A stretch of DNA of 64,000 nt, from positions 7,234,778-7,298,777 of the forward strand of contig NC_134030.1 in NCBI RefSeq assembly GCF_964204645.1. Reading direction: 5' to 3'. A program made the position numbers and the translations under genes. Below, one piece after another: positions 53,266 through 64,000 of this stretch. The notes below the pieces were generated by a model. That model made no database searches, was not told where the DNA came from, and saw nothing but the letters and a program-made list of their open reading frames with translations. Origin of the DNA: Tubulanus polymorphus. Its lineage: Eukaryota; Animalia; Nemertea. Position 1 is the first letter of the stretch, and every line of letters begins with the position of its first letter.

Positions 53266-54371
53266 AGTATGTAAATCGTAATGATAATCTAGATATGGAA
53301 TCAGTGGCCAAACCTGGAGCAACAATCCCGAATCCCGCCTGATACCCGAGTCTTTGATACCTTTGCTTTTCTCTCTCTTGCCCTTATCTTAAGCTCCCGC
53401 CGCTCTTGTTTAAGCTATACCACGCTCAAGGCTTCTCCTTTCTCCCTCGTACATTTACCTCTCTTCCCCCCTCCCACTATAGCTCTCCTTTTCAATACCA
53501 TCTAAATTCTGACGTACAGAAAACATCACGAGATTATTGCGCAAAAAGTTGATGGCAATTTCGGAGAAAATCACATCGGTTTCTTATCAATTTGCTCGAT
53601 ATTACCGAATAAGACAATCATTTCTGGCGAATCACAAACATTGCCGGTTTAATAACGCTTATACAAAGTAGCTGCAAGCTTCCACTTTGATGTGCTCATT
53701 AGTAATAACCAGATTTTCCAGTCTGATTGCTACGTTTGTCTTTCTTGCAGAACTTCGAATATTTCGTACAACTGCGTGATTGATATTTTATGAAGCCCGA
53801 GGCCTGTCTTCAGACGCAGGGGCTGAGGACTGTTTGTTCTCGGCTCCGTCGACGCAACGGCATCGGACCAGGTGCCCCGATGCATCAGTGAGCACTGGCG
53901 GCATGAGCTGCAATCATGCGATGCGAGTAATGACTTCATAGGAAATTTCGACTTTAAAAACGCCTGCGGGTTTAGGGATTGATTTATTGTGTATATACCG
54001 CAGGCTGCGTTTGCGACTTCTAATGGAACTATGATGTTATTTTTTCTTATGACAAACTCGATATAAGCTTGAATACGAAGTAGAGAAGTAACCTGAGTCC
54101 CGAACTTCACGCGAATTACCCTAAACATAGCTAATGTTTTTCAAATTTCTGTTCTCTTTTTATGTTATTTACTTCTGCTTTGGTATGTCATCGCCCCCAG
54201 GCATCAAAATAGTTATGGAAGCATTGAATTTTACTGTCACTCGGCAATCCATTTTCTTCAAAGAACGTTCTTTCTAACCCTAAGCTTAACCTAGGATTCT
54301 TGCGCAGGCGCCACTTTTCTTTTATCAGTTTTTCCCTCAATGAAAAAAAAACTAGGAACTTCATCGAAATT

Positions 54372-54458
54372 ATCCATCCGTCCGTCCGTCCGTCCATCCG
54401 TCCGTCCATCCATCCATCCATCCATCCATCCATCCATCTATCTATCTAACTATCTATC
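54372..54458. repeat. Compound tetranucleotide microsatellite (TCCG/TCCA/TCTA)n
   Basis: Direct reading: a TCCG-rich block, then TCCA, then TCTA. Confidence 0.95.
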
Positions 54459-55228
54459 ATACTAGGAGACAGACCTGATGAGATGCTACTGCAGCATTCA
54501 GAATTTGCATGATGGAACAGCAGAGGGAAGGCACAGTGCACTGCGGACGACCGAAAATCGTTACAAACGCACATACTAATGAAATATTTAACCACTCGAC
54601 CGTAACAATTATTGCCGAGACAATCGAGAGGAGTAACATAAATAAATAATCGTCGATATTGGTCAAATAGGTATGGAACAAGTGGAGTTTAATTAGACGC
54701 GAGCTCAAATGTCAATTCCAACAGTATACGACTCAAATTCATCATCTCTGATGCGCGCTTACATTTTGGATAGGTGGTAAATTGCATTAACAGTCGTGTA
54801 AGATTTGCCTGGATTCGAGTACGATGCGACCTTTGAGTCAGACGCAGAGTGTGTGTGTTCAGATCTGTTTATTAAACGGCTTGAAATACGCGCCCGTCTT
54901 ATTTCCAACGATGCTCGCGCCGAGACCCTGAGAAGATGCTAATCGCGTTATGAAATACGGCACGGTTTCGTTGTTAATGGTCAACAATGAAATTACGACC
55001 TTGACGAATTCATCACGAGTTACGTAATTGTCGTGGTTCGACGTGCCGTCGGTTAACTTAATAATCAGGTTATCTAATTAATTAGCCACGTCCGACATTA
55101 ATAACCCCTACAGACAACAAAGATAAATTAGATTTAAATGTTGATCAAATTTACAATACAATATGCTATCTTGTAATCCTCTGCTATTCGCTCTATAAAG
55201 TTAGAATTCTTGATCATTTTGATCAAAA

Positions 55229-55269
55229 CATGGACGTATAAACTAGATAATCTAGTTTATACGTCCATG
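55229..55269. mobile_element. 41-bp TIR-only element with 7-bp target-site duplication
   Basis: CATGGACGTATAAACTAGAT-A-ATCTAGTTTATACGTCCATG: perfect 20-bp arms with a 1-nt spacer; ATCAAAA directly on both sides (55222-55228, 55270-55276). Confidence 0.85.
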
Positions 55270-56420
55270 ATCAAAAGAACCACGGTTAAGGCTCAACTCA
55301 TAAAATGGGGGTATTCTAACTGGCCATTAGTTGGTAAAATGGCTAATGGAACCAGAATGAGCTTAGTCTGGGCCCTGTTGATTCAATCTTTTATTACGTA
55401 GAATCGAACGAATTACGATTTCATTACGTTATCAGGAAACTTGTTCTCTATAAAAACAGGGCCCCTGCACTAAAAAAATTGGTATAGTTCTTATATGTAC
55501 GTAAATGATATAATCGGAATATAAACGTTAGTATAAATGCATTCTTATAGTTGTAAGACCAAACCTACCTTTTCTAAGATTCAATAAATCCAATTGGAAA
55601 ACTGAAACCAGTTCCAAGATCTGATAAGACGTTTCACGCCATATGTTATTCGAATAGAACAATAATAGTTCGCACCTTCGAATTGCAAGGTTCATTCACA
55701 ACTGGCCGCGTATAATAAAGATCTTATGTTTCTAAAATCTATTGGCACTTGACAATCCGCTTAATCCCGAAGCCAATTAGAAAGTTGGAGTGTAGTCTTT
55801 TCTCCCCACTTATTTGCTCAGCCTTTGGTCATATAGTGACCCTAATCCGTTGTGACAATAGGTCCTGTTTCGTGGACCGGAATGAAAGAATATATAATCG
55901 ACTGTGCATTGATATATGGCTTCTTTAAGAAGTGATATTTTTAAGTGTTTAATTGCTGCAATCGAAAGCCAAGTGTACGAGAACAAATTACTCCAATCAA
56001 GTGGATTTTAGGGTGAAGTCTTCTATAAAGTGTCATCGTACAGTTGTGCCATTAAGCTTCGCCATGTTTAACTCTTGCCGAAACAGGTGGAAATTCATAA
56101 AAGACAAAAATTGTTCTCAATCTTGCTCATTTACCAGTTCAAACACGAAAAATCACGGGCTTTCAAACATGTTCATCGGTGGCTGATTCTCAAGAGAAAA
56201 TGACCTCGACGAAAACGTGACAACGTGCCGCATTTCGGTTTATAAAACGTGGGAGTCACCCCTCCATAAATCACTATGCTATTTGAACGTGCCGAATTCT
56301 TCATTTCAACGTCTTTCGTCGAATTAGTTTATGGTTCATTCTCATCGTATGTCGAAAAAACTGCGCCCTGTCCAAAAATGTTTCAAATTTTGTCCGTGTA
56401 TATTTCACGTTCCACCTGAA

Positions 56421-56667
56421 AGCCGGTACGGTTTCTATGACAAAGTTAAGACATCATTTTATCTTGAACCATACCTTGACATTCATTACTGACCATAAAC
56501 TTCGCGCTGGTATTACTCGTCTTAGAACCTCAAGTATATGCTATTAACTGAAAAAGGCAGGCAATATTGATAGAAATAGCCGAATGCGTCTTGAATGCAA
56601 TTCCATAGAAGATGAACTCCACTTTTTATTCTACTGTAGAAAACATTCTGTACAAAGAAACGGTTGA
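56421..56667 (+). mobile_element. 5'-truncated, frameshifted non-LTR retrotransposon (LINE) ORF2 C-terminal fragment
   Basis: Translation across frameshifts gives SRYGFYDKVKTSFYLEPYL / TFITDHKLRAGITRLRTSS / MLLTEKGR / NIDRNSRMRLECNSIEDELHFLFYCRKHSVQR. This matches the C-terminal signature (EPYL...LRTSSH.L..E.GR...R.C..C...EDE.HFL..C) of CR1/L2-group LINE ORF2 proteins. Not in the ORF track because of the frameshifts; the decayed tail probably runs to ~56830. Confidence 0.85.
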
Positions 56668-58180
56668 ATCAGATTTAATCAATATCTTTTATGATAAAAC
56701 TCGCTTCACCACTTTGTTCAAGAATGTAACCGTTAATTTTTGTACTGATTGTCTGTTTTATCTTAAATTGCGCTCATCCCTAGAATGTAAATCTTTGCAT
56801 TACGGGTCAATAGTTTGATTTTTATATTTGATTTGATTTTCGAAAGCCCTCACCTATACCCGAGTTTCATCGCATGTACTTTTCCCCCACTTTATAAGAT
56901 AACTCCGATCCGGTATATCAGATGTTCCCGGAGTCGGAGAAAAAGTTCAAAACTTACCCGACAAAGAATTAAAGGATTAGCAGATGATATGGTACGTCGC
57001 GTCTGAACACGAAAAACGTTTCATTGTTAGCTACTTATCCGCCGTCATCATCTCGTCATCATCCGGGGATCGATAGATTCCGGCTAGATTCCGGTGCGCC
57101 TGTTCAACGCACATGCAACCAATCAATAATTAACGGAAAATCGAAAATAATAATCCAATCCAAGAGATAAGTCTGTATGCTGCGAGTCGGCTAGCGAGGA
57201 GAATCGATTCAAATCTCTTTTAAAAAGCGGCCCGTTCACTCGCGTCGGTAGAATTCCGAGTTTGAATCACCCGGGAAAAGGTATCGTTTCAAATTGCATC
57301 GCGAGTATCCGGTTGGACGTTGATATCCGTCGACAAAAATCAAAATGTATTTATTCGCTCGCTTCGTCCTTTGCTTATTACCAGGTAAAATAGAATTCCA
57401 CGGCTTAATAATTCCGATTGAATTACGGTAGGACTCAATAAAACTCGAATTTCGCTTCTCTGTATTATTTTTATTCGAAGTTACGGATCTCGTATCATTC
57501 GCATCCGTTCCTCATATTCCCCGTATTCAATGGAAAATAAGCCGACTTGTCTTCTTTGCGATAAATTTGCTCAAACTTAGTTATATAATATTTATGGTAA
57601 TTGGAGCCCGGATTCAGTTCGTTCTGACGCGAAGTTTCCACCGCTGCACGGTCACCCGTTCATAATTCACCAATTCTACTCACGATCAAATAATATCACG
57701 ATTTGAAGCGAAAGACGAACTACTACGTGTTGCCTAACAATTATCTCATCATAATTCGTTAACGCATCTGATAATGACGCGTCGATTCAGAGGGAAACAG
57801 GTAAAATAGCAATTAAATTAACACTCTCCAGCGCCTAAGATTTGAATACATTAACGCAGTGCCGAATTCTATTCTTCTCAGGTGAAAGTGCGTGACAAAT
57901 CCGGCCCTAAATCCTACCACTATTCTGATCGCGGTGTGAGATTCCCATTGTCGGAAATCAATTAAGCATATTTATTGAGCAAATTGAGCCCGCATAGAGG
58001 CCTGCTTTCGCGCTGAGTTGAGAGAGGATTTGAATTTCAATTGCTGTTTTGTCTATTTTAATTGTTGCGATACAAAACTGCGCGCGTACACTCCATTCTA
58101 TCCGAATACTTCGGAATGATTCGTTAACACTAAACATTCGAATATTTTCGATTTTAGCTTTATGATTTCTATACAACATC

Positions 58181-58322
<142 letters not shown>

Positions 58323-61300
58323 TCGAATTGTCTTTCAAAATCTCTTGTTTCCCCGATTACCAGACGGCTCGAGGGCTGCAAGATTATCAGTCGATTGGCG
58401 AATTCGTGAAAAGTAACCGGGCATCAAATATTTCGCGAAAAATATTCTAATACCGCACGGATTGCGAAATCCCATTGACGGTAACTTTACTAATAGTAAA
58501 ATAATTCAAACTACCGCAGGGCAACAAAGTGTATTAGCGTTGGAATAATCCGCTAGTGAATAGAAAAAGAATGCGAGTACATTCGCGGTCTTATTCATGA
58601 TAGAGAGACTTATAACCATTAGACCGTGCGGTACTGATGTGGGTGTTTAATTAGTCAAAAAGCGTCTTCTTTGTTCGAAGTTTCCATTGACGGGGAAATA
58701 CTCGAGATTGAAAGCAGGATGGAGCCGTCTTCATGATGACCGAGCTAATCCTGGAAGTCGTCGACCTTTTTGATCGGAACTTAATTTTTTTTAAATTTTT
58801 ACTCAGACAGATTCTTATGATATTACGCAAATAGAACGTCTCCAGAATACAGAATAATTCATATGTCTTATCATAAAGAAATAGATAATTTTGGGTGATT
58901 CAGCAATTGAGCAATTGGCTTTTTGTTGGTGTTGCCAATATTGCGGGAATCACGACTGGGAATGCAGTTCTGGTCGTGGCAGGGTTTATTCTTTGTCTTC
59001 CACTGTCTGGAAGAAACCCGGAAACCCGATTGCCCGATTGTGGTGATTAGCGGACACGGTTTTAGGGACTAAAATTAATCAACACAACAGACTTTTATCG
59101 CCGTATACGATCTTAATCGTTTCAGAACTCTATTGTCTACGACTGAGGGGACGAGATTTATCTGAACCATCAACGCGTTATCCATAGACGACCCAGACGA
59201 TGACGGCCATCCAGCCGATGCAGCCATTCGTTATCTGATACACGAAAATACATCGGTTTGCGAAGACGATGAAAAAAATGCTATACGAATGCGGAATGCT
59301 CTTATCAAAAATCAGATTAATTACACGTCGTCTACGAATCAATAATTACTCATTACGTAAACCGATGATTTTTCTATGGTTTGCGTTGTTGGTCGTTTCA
59401 ATTTCCAGCGAATATCGGCGCAGATCGATGTAAAGGAGACCCGAGACGTTATATCGAAACGATGCAATTTTGCGAACCGAACAAGAAGTTATCATCTGTA
59501 TCAAAGATGAAAATTTTGTCGTCGCAAAAGTGAATAGTTGTGTTTTAGGCCCGACTTCTATCGACAATCAACAGTAAATGAATATTCATTTCATTAATGC
59601 GACATGTAAAACCAACGACAGTCAAATCTATTCTATCTGACAAATGCATTACTCAATTAAAGATCTCGGGAAAATAACGATGCTGCCTACAACGCTGCCT
59701 ACAACGCTGCTGACATAAAATCAGAAGAAAGTGCGGCATTTCTTTCAATATCCAGAATGTAGGTTCGTAAAAAATATCATTTCTGCAGGTCTAATTCTTA
59801 AGCCTAAATCCAGCTTCGCCTTGTGGTTTAAGTTTTAAAGCAGTTTTCAAGTCGTTGCTTGTTGCAACAATGAATGAATGATACCAAAAATACAAGTATT
59901 TTTGATAATACGTTATGATAGGTGACCTCCAGATTAATCAATGGAGACCAGTGCGCTATGTTGTTTTTAAAGGGATACCAGCGCCGAGGGCGAAGAGGTT
60001 CTTCATCTTTTATAGATTTTGTACAAATCTCCTTGGTAGCGCGGACACGGTACAAAAATGAGTTAACAACAGAGAAGAAAATCCATCCAACATTTGTGAA
60101 AAAAATTCTGTCATTTTCAGACCGTTGTCCGCGCGATGATATTGGAAGAAATGCAGCCTCCTATACACATCTTCTCTCAGCAGCGATTCGAGATGACACC
60201 GAGGCACCGATACGTCGTGGCTTTAGTGCGCAAGTATAGCCGCGCGCTAGGGCTAATCAGGTGGGGTTTCGTGCCGCCAACGGGTCCGAATCCCTGCCGA
60301 TAGATGATGCCTATAGCGTCCGATGACGACGGTGCTTCTTCCTAACGACTAATGATGTAATATAAGAATGCTATGATGTCATCTTTCAAGTCCGTCATTA
60401 GAGGGTGCCCTATGATCCACTTGATGGTGAATTATCCTCGTTGATTATAATCTTTGTGAATTCGCTGGCGGTATCATCATATCAACCATCTGTTTTCATC
60501 TCACAATTATCACGAGCTATGTCTCGAAAGGTTGAAATCTAAATCCTAGCCTGCGGTTTCTGTGGTTTGCCCGTGCACCGGGGATTAGGGTACAAATATA
60601 TTTGCACCCAATCACAGATAACGACCGCGGATTTGACATTACTACGAGACGCTCGAAATGATTCATAGTTTTGTATCGAGATGCAGTTTTAAGCCGCTCT
60701 AACCTCCTGAAATGATATGGATTATATACGAATTTGAATTGCCGAAGCGCCATTTGCTTTCAGTCCCATATTATGTAAACGCATCAGCGCATCCTAAGCT
60801 TTCAAAGAAACCTTGGAATTCTCCATTACCAAAATTATTCTGATATGATTTTTTAATTTAGTGGGAGTTTATCAAATGCAGGGTCACCCATGAAAATGAG
60901 AAATAATTAACTGTACGTGAACGTGGGACGTTTATTCTGGGAAATACTTAGACATACTTGATTTATGGTTGAAAACAAATATTGACATAGGTCTCGAAAA
61001 TCGCACTTTCATTTGAAGGTATACGACGCTGACTTTTTATGACACCTTTGCTATAGTTCTGGCGGTAAACGATGATAGTATGTTATATCGAAAATGACAC
61101 GATTTCTTGTTAGCAAAGCTATAAAATGATTTAGCAAGAAACACGACAATGAGCATATTCCAACGCTTTAAAGCGAAATAGTTTTGTAACGATTTTAGTT
61201 CGATTTGTCAAGTTTCGCTGAGGATTTCTGCATGTGTTCAGCGGTCAACTGAATGTAAATTCTGTTACAGAAGACGCGTTACAGCAAATACGGCGGGATC

Positions 61301-61716
61301 TTCATCAACATTGATCACTGGATGAAGACACAACAACACTAGAACGGCAAACAAATATTTGTATGCGCACGAGCGGGTGCCAGGGATGAACTTAGTGGAC
61401 AACAGCTTACGCAAACATCAGCTATGGAGGATTGAACAGAAATGTTAAGTTCAATCGAGGAGAAGACACACAGATACAAGCGTGTAAATCCTCGGTGACA
61501 TGTTTTCGAGCTGTTATTAGTCCGGCTCTTCCCCCGAAACCATCTCGTTTATATACATGTAAGCGAACGTACTTTTGTGTTCATACTCCCGAAAAAGCTT
61601 GCACCGTTCATGTAATAGTCGAGTCCTGTGGCAAATTTCTAATTTGTTTTGTTTGAAAATCTATACATCTGAATCGAAATTAAAATCCTGATATTGCTAT
61701 GTGATTATGCATGTAG

Positions 61717-61887
61717 GCCTCAGACATCCTCTATGAGGCTGGTTGCCGGTATTACGAATACCACCTGCATTACGAATGCAGGTGGCGCAGAATTGGACAG
61801 GCAACCAGTCTAATCCTCTCTAAGCACGGACTCGACCTGATAGCCTCTCGATGCCATCAGGTTCGAATCCGAGCCGAGGGAGGATAG
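61717..61887 (+). other. Highly self-complementary cassette with Pol III A/B-box-like motifs (SINE or structured RNA candidate)
   Basis: Stems: GCCTCA/TGAGGC; CTGGTTGCC (61739-61747)/GGCAACCAG (61800-61808); CCACCTGCATT/AATGCAGGTGG (61761-61785); ACCTGAT/ATCAGGT; ATCCTCTC/GGGAGGAT. A-box-like TGGCGCAGAATTGG (61783-61796) and B box GGTTCGAATCC (61860-61870). Confidence 0.5.
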
Positions 61888-62497
61888 TATATAGATGTTA
61901 TTTCTCGCCTTGCTATACAAATATCGGACCAAATTACGTTTTTCTCTTGGGTTCATCCTGGCTGCCAAATTCAATAAGTTCGGATGCCTTCAACTGCAGT
62001 TCACCGGTTACGCTACGTTGAACTGGGCATATCTTATTACGTGACCTCGTATAAGGTTACATGGAGGCCTAATTATTAGCCTTTGAACGTAATTCGCCTT
62101 TGAAGCTCGTTCGCTCGCGACTCGGTTGCGTTTTTTATCCGTTGAACTATCTTCGTCGCGGTAATTACGACGAAAAATAGATAGAGCCGCGTAATGCTTC
62201 AGTGGTCAGTAAGAAACGCGTCATACGCATGCACACCGGCGCAACCTACTACATCAAAATAATCAATATTCCACACACATAGGTATAAAAGAGGAATCGG
62301 TTATTGATAATTTGCAGCATAGTTGCATTTGTGATACTTTATCGGTCTGGCGAATGATTCACGAAAAAGATGGAGCCGTGTTTTTGATTTTCGCATAGTT
62401 TTCACCGAGTACATTCGGAGCTGCCCTTTTTTCTAGTTGTCAGCCAGACTAGACTGAGCTTTCGAGCCGGCTAAAAAGTTTGTTTCCGGTGGTTAAC

Positions 62498-62636
62498 CAG
62501 GGCCGTACCTAGCATTTGAATTGGGGGGGGGGGGGGTAGGGCAGTTCTATTGAAAATAACGATAATTTGCAAAATGCACTTTTCCAAAATTTCTCGGGGA
62601 GGCTACTGACCCCTGCCCCTGCTAGGTACATCCCTG
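62498..62636. mobile_element. CAGGG-terminated MITE (hAT-like) with internal poly-G
   Basis: CAGGGCCGTACCTAGCA and TGCTAGGTACATCCCTG are a 15/17 inverted match; G run near the left end and C-rich segment near the right end. No intact 8-bp TSD. Confidence 0.75.
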
Positions 62637-64000
62637 TTATAATGAGAGGTGCTCACTGGTGTGTACAAATGGAAATTTTACCAGTGGGACTGAACAATAT
62701 TTTATTAGTCGAAGGGATGATACCATTAAGAACCGCCACTTCCGATGCATATTGATACGTTCATGAATATCGCGAGCATGCGTGAATACCTGTAATTCTT
62801 TGGCCGGAACTTTTTTCAACAAAAGCAAATAGTAACTGGCAAAAAGTAGTATATTCTCACCAGGCGCGCAAATGTTCCATCGGGGCCAAAGTGAAATGAA
62901 ATCCATAAGACGGGCTGAGAAAATAATGTCTATCGAGGTGAAAATACTAAAATCTAAATGCGCAAAAGCTAGTTAAATAGAGATAGTCTATAAATCTTTG
63001 AAATGCGTTGGCATTTTACAATTTTATGTACAGTTTAGTCGATGTTAAATGGAACATACTGGAATATTTGTACCGAGTTCGCCATATCGATCTGCCAATG
63101 AATGCAGAACAACGCACAAACGAATAGAATATCCCCCAGATTAAAAATCTTAAACTTTTCGTGGTATTTCGATCCAAAACGTTTTTGTATCTAACCGGGG
63201 ATGAAACGTGTATACAGCCCTTTCACTGGTTCTGGAATCATCAAATGATTGATTGCTAACGGGTTACTTCATTCCGCCCGAGGTTCTATGGGTCGTTTAT
63301 ATATCAAATATAAAAGCGTAGTGCATATATTGCATAAGTATTTTATGTACTTTCACCTTAAACTTTTGTTCGTTTTTAAAATGCATCACATGAATTTCGT
63401 AAACAAATTCCGTTTTAGAATCAATTAAACGCGACGGCCTTTCCGCGGCGACATTTTATGCGTTATATGATACGATTTTCCTTCTTTTCAAAGTACTGAA
63501 AGAAATAAACTTGGTTGATGAGGAAAGCAAGGTTCCTGCACACGTATGAGCAACGCACGATCTCCTCCAATAAAAACCCCATTATCGGCAAATTATTGGC
63601 AGGTGTGTCCGAACACGAAATAAATCGGTATAATCGACGTGATTACAATAGCGCCCCTATAGATGGTGGTAATCGACCCATTATTCGCCGATAACGACCC
63701 CTGATAATTCTATTTCGAGTGGGCATTATAGTGCCGTAAAGAAACGCGAAAATAACCCCACCGGTAACTTCTTCACGTTAGAGTTCAGTGGTGAATTCGT
63801 TACGCCGTTCTGAATACTGATGGCAATCCAGCGAAGCGATCATAGTTCGTATAAGCGAAATTTATAAAAACGCATTTTAATGTACACATTTATATTTGGA
63901 TAATGGCAGAATCAAATAAATATAAATAGTAACTTAATCTTTGAATTGTCTTACAAGATTACCTATAAGAAAGTTCCTACATTTTCTTCAATGCTATATA

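Noticed and set aside
13380-54490. CTGATGA occurrences (~13380, ~21565, ~48789, ~54475) as hammerhead ribozyme cores
   Set aside because: None is followed by a stem II plus GAAA with closing stems I/III.

Overview
AT-rich (roughly 38% GC by eye) eukaryotic DNA with plentiful CpG, most consistent with an invertebrate animal genome. I find no host protein-coding exon, rRNA, intact tRNA, CRISPR array or prokaryotic gene organisation. The long ORFs in the track are microsatellite artefacts and the short ones are what chance predicts. The window reads as an intergenic desert or a very large intron with many small non-autonomous mobile elements: TIR-bounded MITEs of several superfamily types, three interspersed repeat families with 2-3 copies each, tRNA-derived SINE-like relics, a probable non-autonomous Helitron, and one clearly recognisable frameshifted LINE ORF2 3' fragment (56421-56667). 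It also holds a 1.1-kb (TA)n(ATAC)246(TA)n microsatellite. I could not substantiate a new biological system. The best leads are a densely base-paired ~170-nt cassette with Pol III A/B-box-like motifs (61717-61887), a 41-bp TIR-only element with a 7-bp target duplication (55229-55269), a MITE family carrying convergent CTCF-like motifs (11591-11898, 25116-25477), and a hairpin-bearing ~65-bp tandem repeat (14665-14815). All alignments were done by eye; no searches were run.
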